From contig JAVZOV010000002.1 in NCBI GenBank assembly GCA_038881895.1, positions 162,961-226,960 of the forward strand: DNA of 64,000 nucleotides, read 5' to 3'. A model generated the notes under the pieces. The model did not search any database. It was not told the DNA's origin and was given only the letters and a program-made list of their open reading frames with translations. How positions within the stretch are numbered: position 1 is the stretch's first letter; each line of letters starts with the position of its first letter. The stretch is from Thermoprotei archaeon (GTDB lineage: Archaea > Thermoproteota > Thermoprotei > Gearchaeales > WAQG01). Position numbers and translations under genes: made by a program. Shown piece after piece: positions 31,073-44,169 of the stretch.

Positions 31073-31216
31073 TTACTTTACTGCTTTTCTGAAGTATGTT
31101 CCACAGTTTGTACACTTAAAGAGACCTATTGTTATTGGTTTTCTTCCTTTTGGAGCAAGTTGCCAACTCTTTTGTGGAGAGGCTACTTCAGTTCCACATT
31201 TTGGGCATTTCGCCAT
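31073..31216 (-). CDS. small zinc-ribbon protein (47 aa), below the ORF-track cutoff
   Basis: [47 protein letters not shown]: two CxxC knuckles (CPKCG, CTNCG), basic linker, ATG start and TAA stop, AT-rich promoter-like region upstream. Confidence 0.45.
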   Translation of the reverse strand: MAKCPKCGTEVASPQKSWQLAPKGRKPITIGLFKCTNCGTYFRKAVK

Positions 31217-31488
31217 TTTTTATCCCTCATTAATTAATGTATATCATGCCATATATAAACCTTTCCATAAAAAATGTTATATTCAATGAGATACATCAGA
31301 AATTATAATAATTATGAAAAATTATTTTCAAATATTTCAGTAATTTACATCAGATAAGTATATTATATAGTTGTATGCTTAGAATATAACTTATTATCAT
31401 CATTTAGTTCAATTATTCATCACAAATTACATAATTATATATGTTTTAAATATTAGCTAAAATATCATTAATTAAAAATATTATATTC

Positions 31489-32361
31489 TTAATTTCTTTC
31501 TTTCCATGGTTCTATCTGTATTGTCGAATGACTTATATTATATTTCTCTTTAAGCAATAAATTTATGCGAGAAAGTATTTCAGTTGCACTATTGAGATTG
31601 CTATCAGTAATTGCAACATGACATGTTAACATCATTATTTCTGGTGTTATACACCAAACATGAATATCATGGACATCTTTAACACCATCCACTCTCATCA
31701 ACGTTTCTTTCACATCCTCTAAACGTATGTTAGCAGGTACACTTTCAAGGAGCACATCAATAGCATTTTTTACTATGTGTACTCCTCCTCTTAAAATGAA
31801 TATTCCTATAATAATGCTTATTATAGTATCAGTGATATACATTTTTGTTGTCATGATAATAACACCTCCAGCAATTACAGTAACTGATTGTAAAGTATCA
31901 GTAACCACATGATAATAAGCTGATTTAACATTTAAATCAGCAGTTTGCTTTAATATTAATACCATGTAAAGATTAACAAGGAGTCCTATCATCGCAAATA
32001 CTAATAGAAGCATAGGGAGAACTTCTGGTGGATTAAATAATCTTACGTACGCCTCATAAAATATATAAAACGAGAGCAAAAAGAGTAGTAAACCGTTTAT
32101 AAAAGCTGCTATTATCCTGATTCTATGAAATCCATAAGTCATCTTGTTCGTAGGTAATCTATGAGATATTTTAATTGCCAGAAAACTTAGTGTAAGAGCA
32201 AATATATCAGTTAATACGTGTCCGGCATCACTTATTAAAGCTAAACTGTTACTTATGATACCCCCTATCACCTCAAATGCAAACAACGCAATACTAATAC
32301 CTAGTACAAGCAATAGTTTATTATCCTCCTTATACTTATGCACTAGACTATCATCATGCAT
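31489..32361 (-). CDS. cation diffusion facilitator (CDF) family metal efflux transporter
   Basis: 6 TM helices with HVLTDIF and HHVVTDTLQS motifs, C-terminal cytoplasmic domain. Confidence 0.75.
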   Translation of the reverse strand: MHDDSLVHKYKEDNKLLLVLGISIALFAFEVIGGIISNSLALISDAGHVLTDIFALTLSFLAIKISHRLPTNKMTYGFHRIRIIAAFINGLLLFLLSFYIFYEAYVRLFNPPEVLPMLLLVFAMIGLLVNLYMVLILKQTADLNVKSAYYHVVTDTLQSVTVIAGGVIIMTTKMYITDTIISIIIGIFILRGGVHIVKNAIDVLLESVPANIRLEDVKETLMRVDGVKDVHDIHVWCITPEIMMLTCHVAITDSNLNSATEILSRINLLLKEKYNISHSTIQIEPWKERN

Positions 32362-32523
32362 TAACTGTCACATTATTTGTAACTAAAAACACTTATTTAA
32401 AAATAAACTTGGTTTAATACTTTTACCAACAAATACTTAAATATTCTTCAGGTTGTTATAGTCTTTATCTCACTGTGAGAGATTTAGTCTCTTTTGCTAA
32501 TTTTACCAAAAACTGGTATAGAT

Positions 32524-32787
32524 CTAATCCGCACTATACGTTTCTATATGAGACTCTGGATCATCATATGCCCCTAAATGTATGTTATGGTTTTTATGCT
32601 GATCAACATCATTAATGAACACGTCAGTTCTGCAAACACTACACCAGTAAAATTCAGACTCGCCTATTTTCATCTCTTTATAATCCGAACAGCTTTGATT
32701 GTGAAATCTTAGACCATGAAGCTTACATACACCTATTTGTACATAATGCATGTGAGGAAACCAGAATAAACAGCTTTTACAACTCAT
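32524..32787 (-). CDS. small Cys/His-rich hypothetical protein (possible metal-binding)
   Basis: 87 aa with 6 Cys (two CxxC pairs: CKSC, CSVC) and about 10 His; immediately upstream of and co-directional with the CDF transporter. Confidence 0.3.
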   Translation of the reverse strand: MSCKSCLFWFPHMHYVQIGVCKLHGLRFHNQSCSDYKEMKIGESEFYWCSVCRTDVFINDVDQHKNHNIHLGAYDDPESHIETYSAD

Positions 32788-33019
32788 AATATCTCATATA
32801 TATTAGTTAGACAAAAGTATATAAAAATATAATCATGACCTATCTCAATTCAGTAACTCAATTTTCTTATTTTGCTTAGGTTTCAGTTCTTTATTATGAG
32901 ACAGTTTTCTATATTGAAAGATAGCTTTTTTATTTATTTGCTCTTTGGATCACTGTACGAAAGTTTCTAATAGTATATGAGATGAAATATGATACTATGG
33001 TTATTATGAACTATCAGAT

Positions 33020-33838
33020 TTAAATACTATGTGTTAAATAATCAAATCTTCCTCCATCCACAACAATAGTTTGTCCTGTGATATATCTGGAAACATTTGA
33101 AGCAAGAAATACAGCAACTTTAGCAATGTCTTCTGGCTCTCCAGTAATATTTAACATTGTCTTTGATCTGATTAATTCTTTTGTTCTTGCTATCTCTTCT
33201 TGGTTTTTACTTCTAACAGTCATATCAGTGGAAATCCAACCTGGGGCAATTGCGTTTACACGTATGCCATACGAACCAAGTTCAAACGCTAATCTCTTAG
33301 TTAATATTATTAATGATGCTTTGGTTATTGCATAAAATGTTGTTCCTTGTAATGAGGTCCCTAATCCTGCAATAGAAGCAATATTAATTATTGCACCATT
33401 GTTCTTTTCCTTCATGTCAGAGAGCGTTTCTAATATTGTATAAATACTGCCAAAAAGATTGATCCTTAACATTTTTTCAAAATAATCCTCCCTATAATCC
33501 TCAAACTTCATAAGATGCAAGATTCCTGCATTATTTACTACAACATCAATCTTACCTAAGAGAGCATGTATTCTCTCAACCATCTCTTTAACTTGAACAC
33601 GATCAGATATGTCAGCCTTAAATATCTCAACTCTTCTGCCAAGTTCTTTCTTTAATCTTTTTGCTAATTCTTCATTAGTATTGTAATTCACAGCAATTAT
33701 TGAACCGTGTCTATGAAACTCTTTAGCTATCGCATGACCTATTCCTCTAGATGCTCCAGTAATTAAAACTATTTTATTTTTAAGATCCTCATATAAATTA
33801 TTTATTTCTAAGGTTCTCATATAAATTGCTGTTATCAA
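33020..33838 (-). CDS. short-chain dehydrogenase/reductase (SDR)
   Basis: TGASRGIGHAIA cofactor motif, catalytic YAITKASL (YxxxK). Confidence 0.8.
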   Translation of the reverse strand: MITAIYMRTLEINNLYEDLKNKIVLITGASRGIGHAIAKEFHRHGSIIAVNYNTNEELAKRLKKELGRRVEIFKADISDRVQVKEMVERIHALLGKIDVVVNNAGILHLMKFEDYREDYFEKMLRINLFGSIYTILETLSDMKEKNNGAIINIASIAGLGTSLQGTTFYAITKASLIILTKRLAFELGSYGIRVNAIAPGWISTDMTVRSKNQEEIARTKELIRSKTMLNITGEPEDIAKVAVFLASNVSRYITGQTIVVDGGRFDYLTHSI

Positions 33839-34063
33839 TGCAAGTTAATAAATTTTTCAGTATACGAAAATATCATAAACTCGGTGTCATAATTAATGGA
33901 ATTTAATAATCAGAAAACTTCTACATTTTAGATGATTAACTATGATAGCAAAAAATATTTTAGAATAGCTATGAAAAAATAAAGTCAAAGAATGAACTTC
34001 TTGTAGCCAGAAAAATTAAAACAACATCAAAAACCTTTTATTTTAGCTGTTATATTATTATAT

Positions 34064-34384
34064 GTGCGGTGGTGGTAGGGCTAGGGGGCTCGGCCTCCCC
34101 ACTCAGCAAATGGTCGATATGGCTGAGCCAGTAACCCCAGTGTAAGTAGAGGTATAGATTAATGGGGTCGTGCCATAAACAATGACCATTCACCCTGCGG
34201 GATCTCCGTAGGGAGATAGCCCCTTTGGAGGAAGGGGTAAATCTTCCTAACCGTCCGAACCGAGTTAGGTCCGGAAGGGAGCGGCTCTAAGGACGGGCGG
34301 GGATGTTCGCAGGTCATGGATGGGAGCGGAGGCACGGTATACCATGATCTATATCTCTACCGAATCTGGGGAGCACCACCGCAC
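34064..34384 (+). ncRNA. signal recognition particle RNA (7S/SRP RNA)
   Basis: 321-nt GC-rich island; ends gtgcggtggtg.../...caccaccgcac are perfect reverse complements (helix 1); contains AGGUCCGGAAGGGAGCGGC matching the conserved SRP helix-8 motif AGGUCCGGAAGGAAGCAGC. Confidence 0.7.
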
Positions 34385-34496
34385 TATTCAAACACTTCTG
34401 CAATAAGCTCATTATAATACAATTAAACCAAAAAGTAAAAACCATAACTTTATGAAGTAATGCTGCATCTTATAAGTGATTCATCGGTGATATTGT

Positions 34497-35498
34497 CTAT
34501 GTTGTTATTCCAAGTTCTTCTAGGAGTTCGCATGCCCTGCATAGATCACCGGTTGATGTTGGTTCGCCGCAACGTTTGCAGAATTTAATTTGTGGTTCTT
34601 TTATGACGTTGTTAATGTTTACTGTTTCTATTATAAAGCTTGGTTGATATACCTCTGGTTTGATTTGTTCCAGAATGTTATCGACTGATTTTACTAGATT
34701 GTATTTGAATCCTGGTTGTGTTTTTTCTAGGTCGTTAAGGAACTTACGTAGTTTTCCTCTTAGAGAAAGTTCTACGTAGGGACATTCTTGTTCAAATGAT
34801 GGCATGTTTTTTAGGTATGCATAGAGCGTGATTTCGTTTTCTGGAACATATCTTAATGGTTTTACTCTTGGTATGAAACCTGGTAAATCTTTTATTGGTT
34901 TTGGTCCAACTCTTAGCAGTCTTTCTATATTGTTTCGTCCCATATTCATTAAAATTGTTTGAGCCTCATCGTCTAGATTGTGTCCTGTGGCTACTTTCGT
35001 GGCTCCTAATTGTTTTGCAACTGTGTTAAGTAATCTTCTTCGCATGACTCCACAGTATGAGCAAGGATTGAGACCTGTTTTTCTTTTGTTTGCTTCTTGT
35101 ACTATTTCGCTTAATGTGTATCCATATTCTTTTTTGAAGTGGAACACATAGTGCTCTATTTTTCTTCCTCCATCGTTTGTTGCTATATTTATCACTTCTT
35201 TTACTATTTTTTCTCGATTTTCGCTGTATTGTGGTATTCCCTCTATTATTGTTACTGCAAAGAGATCTGCTGCTGGGTAATTTTTCTCGATCTTGCTAAG
35301 TATGTATAGTAGTACTGAACTATCCTTACCTCCTGATGCAGCAATCATTATTTTATCATTCCATGTGAAAAGGTTGTTTTTGTTTATGTTTCTTTTCACA
35401 TTCTCTTCTATTGAGTGTACAAAGTGTGATTCACAAAGTGTTTCTGCTGTGTGCGCTCTATAATAGAATGCTGATTTTCCACATTTACATACCTTCAT
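34497..35498 (-). CDS. PP-loop ATPase tRNA thiolation protein (NcsA/Ncs6/Ctu1-like; TtcA family)
   Basis: SGGKDS PP-loop, CxxC-type zinc fingers at the N terminus (CKCGKS...CESHF) and C terminus (CKRCG...CRAC). Confidence 0.6.
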   Translation of the reverse strand: MKVCKCGKSAFYYRAHTAETLCESHFVHSIEENVKRNINKNNLFTWNDKIMIAASGGKDSSVLLYILSKIEKNYPAADLFAVTIIEGIPQYSENREKIVKEVINIATNDGGRKIEHYVFHFKKEYGYTLSEIVQEANKRKTGLNPCSYCGVMRRRLLNTVAKQLGATKVATGHNLDDEAQTILMNMGRNNIERLLRVGPKPIKDLPGFIPRVKPLRYVPENEITLYAYLKNMPSFEQECPYVELSLRGKLRKFLNDLEKTQPGFKYNLVKSVDNILEQIKPEVYQPSFIIETVNINNVIKEPQIKFCKRCGEPTSTGDLCRACELLEELGITT

Positions 35499-36665
35499 CT
35501 ATATCACTCTTATACTAAAAGCCATATTAGTTATTAGTAACATGATTGCTGTAATGCGCAATAATGTTATTGTTATGTTGCTTAAAAATCCTTTCTTATA
35601 GCTGAGGATTTCGTAAAATATTTTATCTCCATCCAATCCTGGTATTGGTAATGAATTAAAAATTGCTACGCTGAGTGAAATTAAATTTCCCCATGCAAGG
35701 AATGAAATTATCCAATATGGTATTATCGGATCCAAACCGAACTTTGGTTTATAATAATTATAGACACCTATCCCTATAATTCCGCGAGATGCATTGGTAG
35801 GGTGTGGTATTAGTTTTATTGTAACATTCCTTATTATATTATCATGCTCAAGTGTTATTATTAGTGTTTGACCTGGAGCAGCATTAGCTAAATATGCTGT
35901 GAATTCTTGAATGTTTTTGATTAACGTTCCGTTAAGCGCTATTATTACGTCTCCTAGCTGTATATTTGCATTGCTTGCTGGCGAGTTTTGTAGGACGTCT
36001 GAAATATAAATTCCTTCGGGTTGTGCGGAGTAGCCCCACGACCACAATAATGGCGCGTTAAGTAGTAGTATGAAGAGTATGATCCATGTAAGGAAGTTAA
36101 CAAATGTTCCAGCACTGAATGTGAGTAATCTGTCTGTTTTTTTAGCTTTATTTGCTGATTCCTCATCTATTTCAACAAATCCTGCTGGAAAGAATGCGAA
36201 AAGTGCAAAACCAACCCATTTAACTTTTATTCCACGCGCTGAAGCTACTATAGCGTGTGCTATTTCATGTGTGGCTAGTATTATGCCTACTATTATAAAG
36301 AATATTATAAATTCGTCTAATGTAAAGTTTATTGTAACACCTGGCACTATTGGTACTACTGGTGATGATGGGCCTGTTTGTGGATAGATAAAACGTATTA
36401 GGTTTTGTGCTAAAAAGTAAAAGCCGAATAATGCCAATCCTAAAGAGTAAAATAATGCTAGGTATCCGAACGTTGACCATGCCAGTGTGCGTTTTGTACC
36501 CATTTTGATTAATTTTTCACCCTTAGATAACCTCCAAATAAATATGAATGGGTACATCGTAATTCCTTTTTCTCTTAATCTTTTTTTAATAAATGGTATT
36601 ATAGATATTATGTATGCTGTTACCCATGCTATTGTAAGATATATTAGAGGTTGTATTGCTACCAC
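35499..36665 (-). CDS. site-2 protease (M50) family membrane metalloprotease with PDZ domain
   Basis: HEIAHAIVA (HExxH) in a TM segment, PDZ-like insert, multiple TM helices. Confidence 0.7.
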   Translation of the reverse strand: MVAIQPLIYLTIAWVTAYIISIIPFIKKRLREKGITMYPFIFIWRLSKGEKLIKMGTKRTLAWSTFGYLALFYSLGLALFGFYFLAQNLIRFIYPQTGPSSPVVPIVPGVTINFTLDEFIIFFIIVGIILATHEIAHAIVASARGIKVKWVGFALFAFFPAGFVEIDEESANKAKKTDRLLTFSAGTFVNFLTWIILFILLLNAPLLWSWGYSAQPEGIYISDVLQNSPASNANIQLGDVIIALNGTLIKNIQEFTAYLANAAPGQTLIITLEHDNIIRNVTIKLIPHPTNASRGIIGIGVYNYYKPKFGLDPIIPYWIISFLAWGNLISLSVAIFNSLPIPGLDGDKIFYEILSYKKGFLSNITITLLRITAIMLLITNMAFSIRVI

Positions 36666-36740
36666 TAACTCGCACCAAGCTTTTAAAACTTTTAATAATT
36701 TAAAGTTTAACTAAATGTAATATATCACCACATTAATTAC

Positions 36741-37463
36741 TCATAATAGACGTTTTTTAAGAGCTGGTTTTTTACTAATTAGATGACGTAAAGCTTGTTC
36801 TATACTTTCATTAGGAGCTAGCGTGTAATCTATGTAAAGGCCAGTACGGCCTATTTGGTTTCTTCTGAGTAACACTCTTTTTCTTTCTAAAACAGTTTCA
36901 ATATCAATATTTAATAGCTTCGCTACGAAACTTTCCTGACCTATAATAGGCATTTCGATATGTCCTTTTGGAGTGGGTTGTATTAGCATTAAACGTTTAT
37001 CAACGCCAGGCACTCGTACATTATTCTTTAACTCATCATAACCTACTTCACCACCAAATTTATAAAAATCGTGCTCTGTTTTGTGCAATACATCTAATGG
37101 TATTGTTATTGAAGTATACCTATCTATAACGAGTTGTAGTTTTGGAATATGGAACGGTGTTGCTTGAATTATTTTCCTGACGATCACTGAAAAACCGTTT
37201 GTTTCTAATAAACTGAGCACTATGCCTTCTCCAATTGTATGTAACAAATATATATCTATATCACTGTCGGGTTCTACATCACCTCTAGCAATACTTCCAT
37301 GAACGTATGCAGAAATACCATTATCTTTAAACATTTCAATAATCTTCAATGCATGTGAACGCTTCTCACGCAGAATATTCCATCGCTTATCGTCGTAAAT
37401 GATTTCAGCAACTTCACCTTTGACTCTAGGAATTATTTTTCTTTTCCCTTTAACTCTTTCCAC
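36741..37463 (-). CDS. Pol-beta superfamily nucleotidyltransferase domain protein
   Basis: GSIARGDVEPDSDIDIYLL (GS...DxD) NTase motif; 240 aa. Confidence 0.45.
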   Translation of the reverse strand: MERVKGKRKIIPRVKGEVAEIIYDDKRWNILREKRSHALKIIEMFKDNGISAYVHGSIARGDVEPDSDIDIYLLHTIGEGIVLSLLETNGFSVIVRKIIQATPFHIPKLQLVIDRYTSITIPLDVLHKTEHDFYKFGGEVGYDELKNNVRVPGVDKRLMLIQPTPKGHIEMPIIGQESFVAKLLNIDIETVLERKRVLLRRNQIGRTGLYIDYTLAPNESIEQALRHLISKKPALKKRLL

Positions 37464-37521
37464 GGTTGATATATTTCTTTAACGTATATTTGTATTTATT
37501 TAGAAAAAATAGAGATAATGC

Positions 37522-37773
37522 TTATACTTTTCGTAACTTATTTACATCCTTTAATATACTGCTAATGTTATTTTCGTTTAGTTCTTCTAACCTACTTCCC
37601 TGATTGTCATATAGAAAGATCTTATTTTCATCCTCGTCTCTTACCTTCGCATGATCTCCGTGGCATATTGGATATGTTTGGCTTAATCCGCACATACAAA
37701 TGTGTATCGTTTCTCCATTCGGAGTTTTATAAAGATATGGCCTCTTTGCAGTATGAAATATCACTCTCATCAT
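37522..37773 (-). CDS. CDGSH-type iron-sulfur domain protein (mitoNEET-like)
   Basis: CMCGLSQTYPICHGDH fits C-x-C-x2-S-x3-P-x-C-(D/H)-G-x-H. Confidence 0.55.
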   Translation of the reverse strand: MMRVIFHTAKRPYLYKTPNGETIHICMCGLSQTYPICHGDHAKVRDEDENKIFLYDNQGSRLEELNENNISSILKDVNKLRKV

Positions 37774-37953
37774 AGATCAAAATCAATAGACTAATGAGTA
37801 AATATAAACTTAACTCTCGATCATAAGTTTTTGCTAATAACTCACTATTTAAACCTTTATTACTATGGTATAGTATTAAATGAACAAGTGATAATGTACG
37901 TTGTTGTAGTTTGTAAAAGTTTATTAATGTTGTTTTTGCATTTTTGAGATAGT

Positions 37954-38322
37954 ATGAGAATGCATAGACTTGAGGTTATAGGTCTTTTAGCAGAGTTTGC
38001 TGGTCATTGTGCACATTGTGATAATGTTATGATGGCGTTCAAAATCAATCCTGTTAAAGGCCAGTACTATGAATATCCGGAGCATGTTAGGGTTGAGCAG
38101 GAGAAGTTGTCTGATTTAATCGTGAGAGTTGCTATGGATTATGCTCCAAATCTTTTTGTAGTAATTTATAATTCATTTTCACCGAGTGGATTTTTCAAAC
38201 TAATTAGACATAGAATATTGCGTGAACCTGCTTTTATATTGGATGGAAAAGTTCTAATAAAAGGGCGTATTCCAGAGTATCAAGAACTTAAAGAAATGTT
38301 AGATAAGAGTACCAAAAGTTAA
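37954..38322 (+). CDS. small CxxC protein, thioredoxin-fold-like (hypothetical)
   Basis: GHCAHCDN CxxC motif near the N terminus, ...AFILDGKVLIKG resembles the thioredoxin-fold C-terminal strand. Confidence 0.3.
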   Translation: MRMHRLEVIGLLAEFAGHCAHCDNVMMAFKINPVKGQYYEYPEHVRVEQEKLSDLIVRVAMDYAPNLFVVIYNSFSPSGFFKLIRHRILREPAFILDGKVLIKGRIPEYQELKEMLDKSTKS

Positions 38323-38339
38323 TAATTATTAATGCCCAA

Positions 38340-39344
38340 TTATTGGAGTTGGGGTATAGTTTTTGATGAACTATGCTCAAAGGTTGATGCCTTGGGATCT
38401 ATAATTTTCTTGGCTCTGTTAACTGCTATTGCTGCCTGACCAAAGCCTACTGCTAACAAATTATATTTTGTCCCGTCGATGGGTGACGCTATATCTCCAG
38501 CAGCAAATACTCTTGGAAGGTTTGTCTCCATGTTAGCGTTTACTTTGATACCTTTCTCATCCATCTGTAAGCCCCATGTTCTTAATGGTCCTAGATCTGC
38601 CTTGTATCCTATAAACATAAGGATTGCATCTACAGGTAATCTAGTCGTCTCTTTAGTTCTGTTATCAAAAACTACCGCTTCACGTACCCATGTATCACCC
38701 TTTACTTCTCCTAGCTCCGTGAAAAGTTTTATTTCGATACCGGATTTAAATAATTCTTCTACGCTCTTTTCATGAGCCCTGAAAACATCCCTTCTATGTA
38801 TTAGAGTAATTTTTTCTGCTATATCTTTTAGGTTAAGGGCCCAATCTACTGCTGAATCACCACCACCTACGATAAGTATCTTTTTACCTCTGAAGTCTTC
38901 TCTTCTTTGTACAGAATAAAAGACACCCCTATTCTCGAACCTTAAAATCCCTGGCACGTTTAATTTATTAGGTATAAAAGAACCAATGCCTGCACATATT
39001 AAAACAGTCTTAGTTAAATGAGTGTCTTTATTGGTTAATATTTCAATTATCTGGTCATCTTTATAGTTTAGCGCTATGGCTTGTTCGTTAAATCGAAAGA
39101 CAGGGTTAAATTGTGATGCCTGTTCCACTAATTTTTCTATAAGTTCTTTAGCAGTAATTTTAACAAAACCAGGCACATCATAAATATATTTCTCTGGATA
39201 AAGTGCTGTTAGTTGGCCTCCTGGATTATCCATTATTTCTATTATCTTGGTCTTCATTTCACGTAAACCTGCATAAAACGCTGCAAATAATCCTACAGGG
39301 CCAGCTCCTATTATTGTTATATCATAGACTTGATTATCGCTCAT
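38340..39344 (-). CDS. ferredoxin-NADP+ reductase, thioredoxin-reductase-like type (YumC-like)
   Basis: YDITIIGAGPVGLFAAFYAG...GGQLTALYPEKYIYDVPGF is nearly collinear with the B. subtilis YumC N terminus; NADPH motif GGGDSAVD; lacks the CxxC of genuine TrxR. Confidence 0.7.
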   Translation of the reverse strand: MSDNQVYDITIIGAGPVGLFAAFYAGLREMKTKIIEIMDNPGGQLTALYPEKYIYDVPGFVKITAKELIEKLVEQASQFNPVFRFNEQAIALNYKDDQIIEILTNKDTHLTKTVLICAGIGSFIPNKLNVPGILRFENRGVFYSVQRREDFRGKKILIVGGGDSAVDWALNLKDIAEKITLIHRRDVFRAHEKSVEELFKSGIEIKLFTELGEVKGDTWVREAVVFDNRTKETTRLPVDAILMFIGYKADLGPLRTWGLQMDEKGIKVNANMETNLPRVFAAGDIASPIDGTKYNLLAVGFGQAAIAVNRAKKIIDPKASTFEHSSSKTIPQLQ

Positions 39345-39406
39345 TGCTCACCAAGAATACCATAAAGATTAGAGAATATAAAATTTAGTAAATAGGTAAA
39401 AATTAG

Positions 39407-42305
<2,899 letters not shown>

Positions 42306-42666
42306 ATCTTAATACGCTCCACGTTTATAACAATATTAATAAGTATAAATTTATCGTAAGCTAAATAAAAATTAATATGCAATAAACATGGTAGAAATGA
42401 TTAAAAGTATTAAATACAACATAAGAGAGTATTTATTATAAAATTAAACTAATATAACTAATCAAATATATTAATAAGCGATTTTAATATTACTATATTT
42501 CTACAAAGAATAATTTAAATATTAATGATATTTTATACTAAGACAACTTTTCTTTAGTATCATAAATGTTTCATCAATATTTTTATCTTACACATCTAAT
42601 TAACGTAGGATACCTGTTTCTTTACAATAATCATAGGTAGTATGATGAATAAGTTAGATAATACTG

Positions 42667-42765
42667 TGTTCAAATTCTAATTGTTTTGTTCAGATCAATT
42701 TTAAGTGAACATTATTATTATTGTGTTTGAACATTTGAACAATTTGAGTAAACATGTGAACATTT
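42667..42765 (+). promoter_or_regulatory. array of six TGAACA/TGTTCA hexamers (operator-like) upstream of the coiled-coil protein gene
   Basis: tgttca 42667 and 42687; gtgaacatt 42705; tgaaca 42728 and 42736 (ttgaacatttgaacaat); gtgaacattt 42756; all within 100 bp, ending 37 bp before the ATG at 42802. Confidence 0.4.
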
Positions 42766-42801
42766 AAATATATGTGATAACATTACTATTAGTGTGCTCT
42801 A

Positions 42802-44169
42802 ATGCGGCCCCTTCCAGAAACAGTGAAAAATAAGATATTTGAATTATGGATGAATGGTCAAGATTATCGAAGTATTAGCGGTCAAGTTAATGTTAGTCTG
42901 GGTAGTATAACTAACGTTATAAATGAAATACGACAAGCATTACCGGATATTAATGAACTGAGAATTTTAAACTCAACATTAAAACGGAATAGTATAACAA
43001 TTAATGATGCTGTGGAAGGGGCGAAGTTTGTGTTAATATTAAAAAATCTTGATGTTGATGTTTCATCATTAGGAGAAGTAATAGGACATATAGCAAAATA
43101 TGGAAATGAGGCGCCAAAAATACTTTTAAAGGCTAGCGAGCTATTTAGGCTTGAAGCAGAACATGGTATAGAGTATGATAGGATAGTAGAGGAGTACCAA
43201 AGGATTAGCAAAAATTTCGTAAAATTACAAAACGATATAAATACATTACGTCAGGAGCACTCTAACTTACAAAATGAAATTATTAATCTTCATGAATTGA
43301 AAGAGCTTCAAAAGAAACTATATGAATTAAAAATTCCTATCAAAAGGTTGGATCAAATAATTAGTCAGAGTCAGAGATTAGAAGAACTCGGTTTTACACC
43401 AGAAACTGCAGAGATCCTTAGTTCTGAGTTGATTAAGCATGGCATTAATATGGAGACAGCTATTAAAACATTGATTAGAATGCTATCTGAATATAAGTCG
43501 TTGACTGAAAGTATAGAGATCAAAAGAAAAGAGCTTGAGGATGTACAAAGCGAGTTAGAAAAGAACAAAAAATTATTGGAGGAAATAAAGTGGTCAAAAG
43601 ATTTTAATGAAAAAGTATTAAACGATCTTGAACGATTAATTAAGGAAAAAAGTAATATAATATCTGAATTGGATGAAGAAATAAAACTAAAACGTATTCA
43701 TATTGAAGAGGAGATAAAGAAACAGCAACGGGAGCTTGAAGAGAAACATACGAGAATGATCGCAGAATTAGAAAAGCGTTTGGAATCATTGCAAGCAAGC
43801 ATAACAAGTAGGCAAAATGAGATAAACAAGTTAGAGAGAAAAAGATCAGAATTAGGTGATGAAATAAAAATGCTTCAAGACACTGTGGAACTAAAAATTA
43901 AAGATCTTGAAATTAGGGTAAAAGAGATAGAAAGGAAAATAACTTTGACGGAACCGCTGGCAAAACTTGTCAGGTTGATAGACAACCCTATGGAAGCTAA
44001 TAACAAATCAAATCTAGAAAGCTTAATACCTATTATGATAAATATAAGAGAAGCGTGGGAGAAGCATCAGGAAAGGGACCCAAGCAAGATTGCGTCGATT
44101 AATGAATTTATAAAATCACTGGACAAACTTCTAGAGGCAATAGTAGGAGAGAGCACAATTGGACAATAG
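42802..44169 (+). CDS. HTH-containing long coiled-coil protein (function unknown)
   Basis: N-terminal resolvase/HTH_7-like helix-turn-helix (KIFELWMNGQDYRSISGQVNVSLGSITNVI), then about 300 aa of heptad-repeat, Glu/Lys-rich coiled coil. Confidence 0.4.
   Translation: MRPLPETVKNKIFELWMNGQDYRSISGQVNVSLGSITNVINEIRQALPDINELRILNSTLKRNSITINDAVEGAKFVLILKNLDVDVSSLGEVIGHIAKYGNEAPKILLKASELFRLEAEHGIEYDRIVEEYQRISKNFVKLQNDINTLRQEHSNLQNEIINLHELKELQKKLYELKIPIKRLDQIISQSQRLEELGFTPETAEILSSELIKHGINMETAIKTLIRMLSEYKSLTESIEIKRKELEDVQSELEKNKKLLEEIKWSKDFNEKVLNDLERLIKEKSNIISELDEEIKLKRIHIEEEIKKQQRELEEKHTRMIAELEKRLESLQASITSRQNEINKLERKRSELGDEIKMLQDTVELKIKDLEIRVKEIERKITLTEPLAKLVRLIDNPMEANNKSNLESLIPIMINIREAWEKHQERDPSKIASINEFIKSLDKLLEAIVGESTIGQ

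Noticed and set aside
36741-37463. CD-NTase/CBASS-like or HEPN-MNT toxin-antitoxin interpretation of the 240-aa nucleotidyltransferase
   Set aside because: Neighbours are housekeeping (site-2 protease, CDGSH protein); no effector or HEPN partner is adjacent; more likely a conserved archaeal Pol-beta-type NTase.
42306-42801. Replication origin hypothesis for the 500-bp AT-rich spacer
   Set aside because: No ORB/mini-ORB-like inverted repeats and no cdc6/orc1 gene adjacent; the TGAACA array is better explained as an operator.
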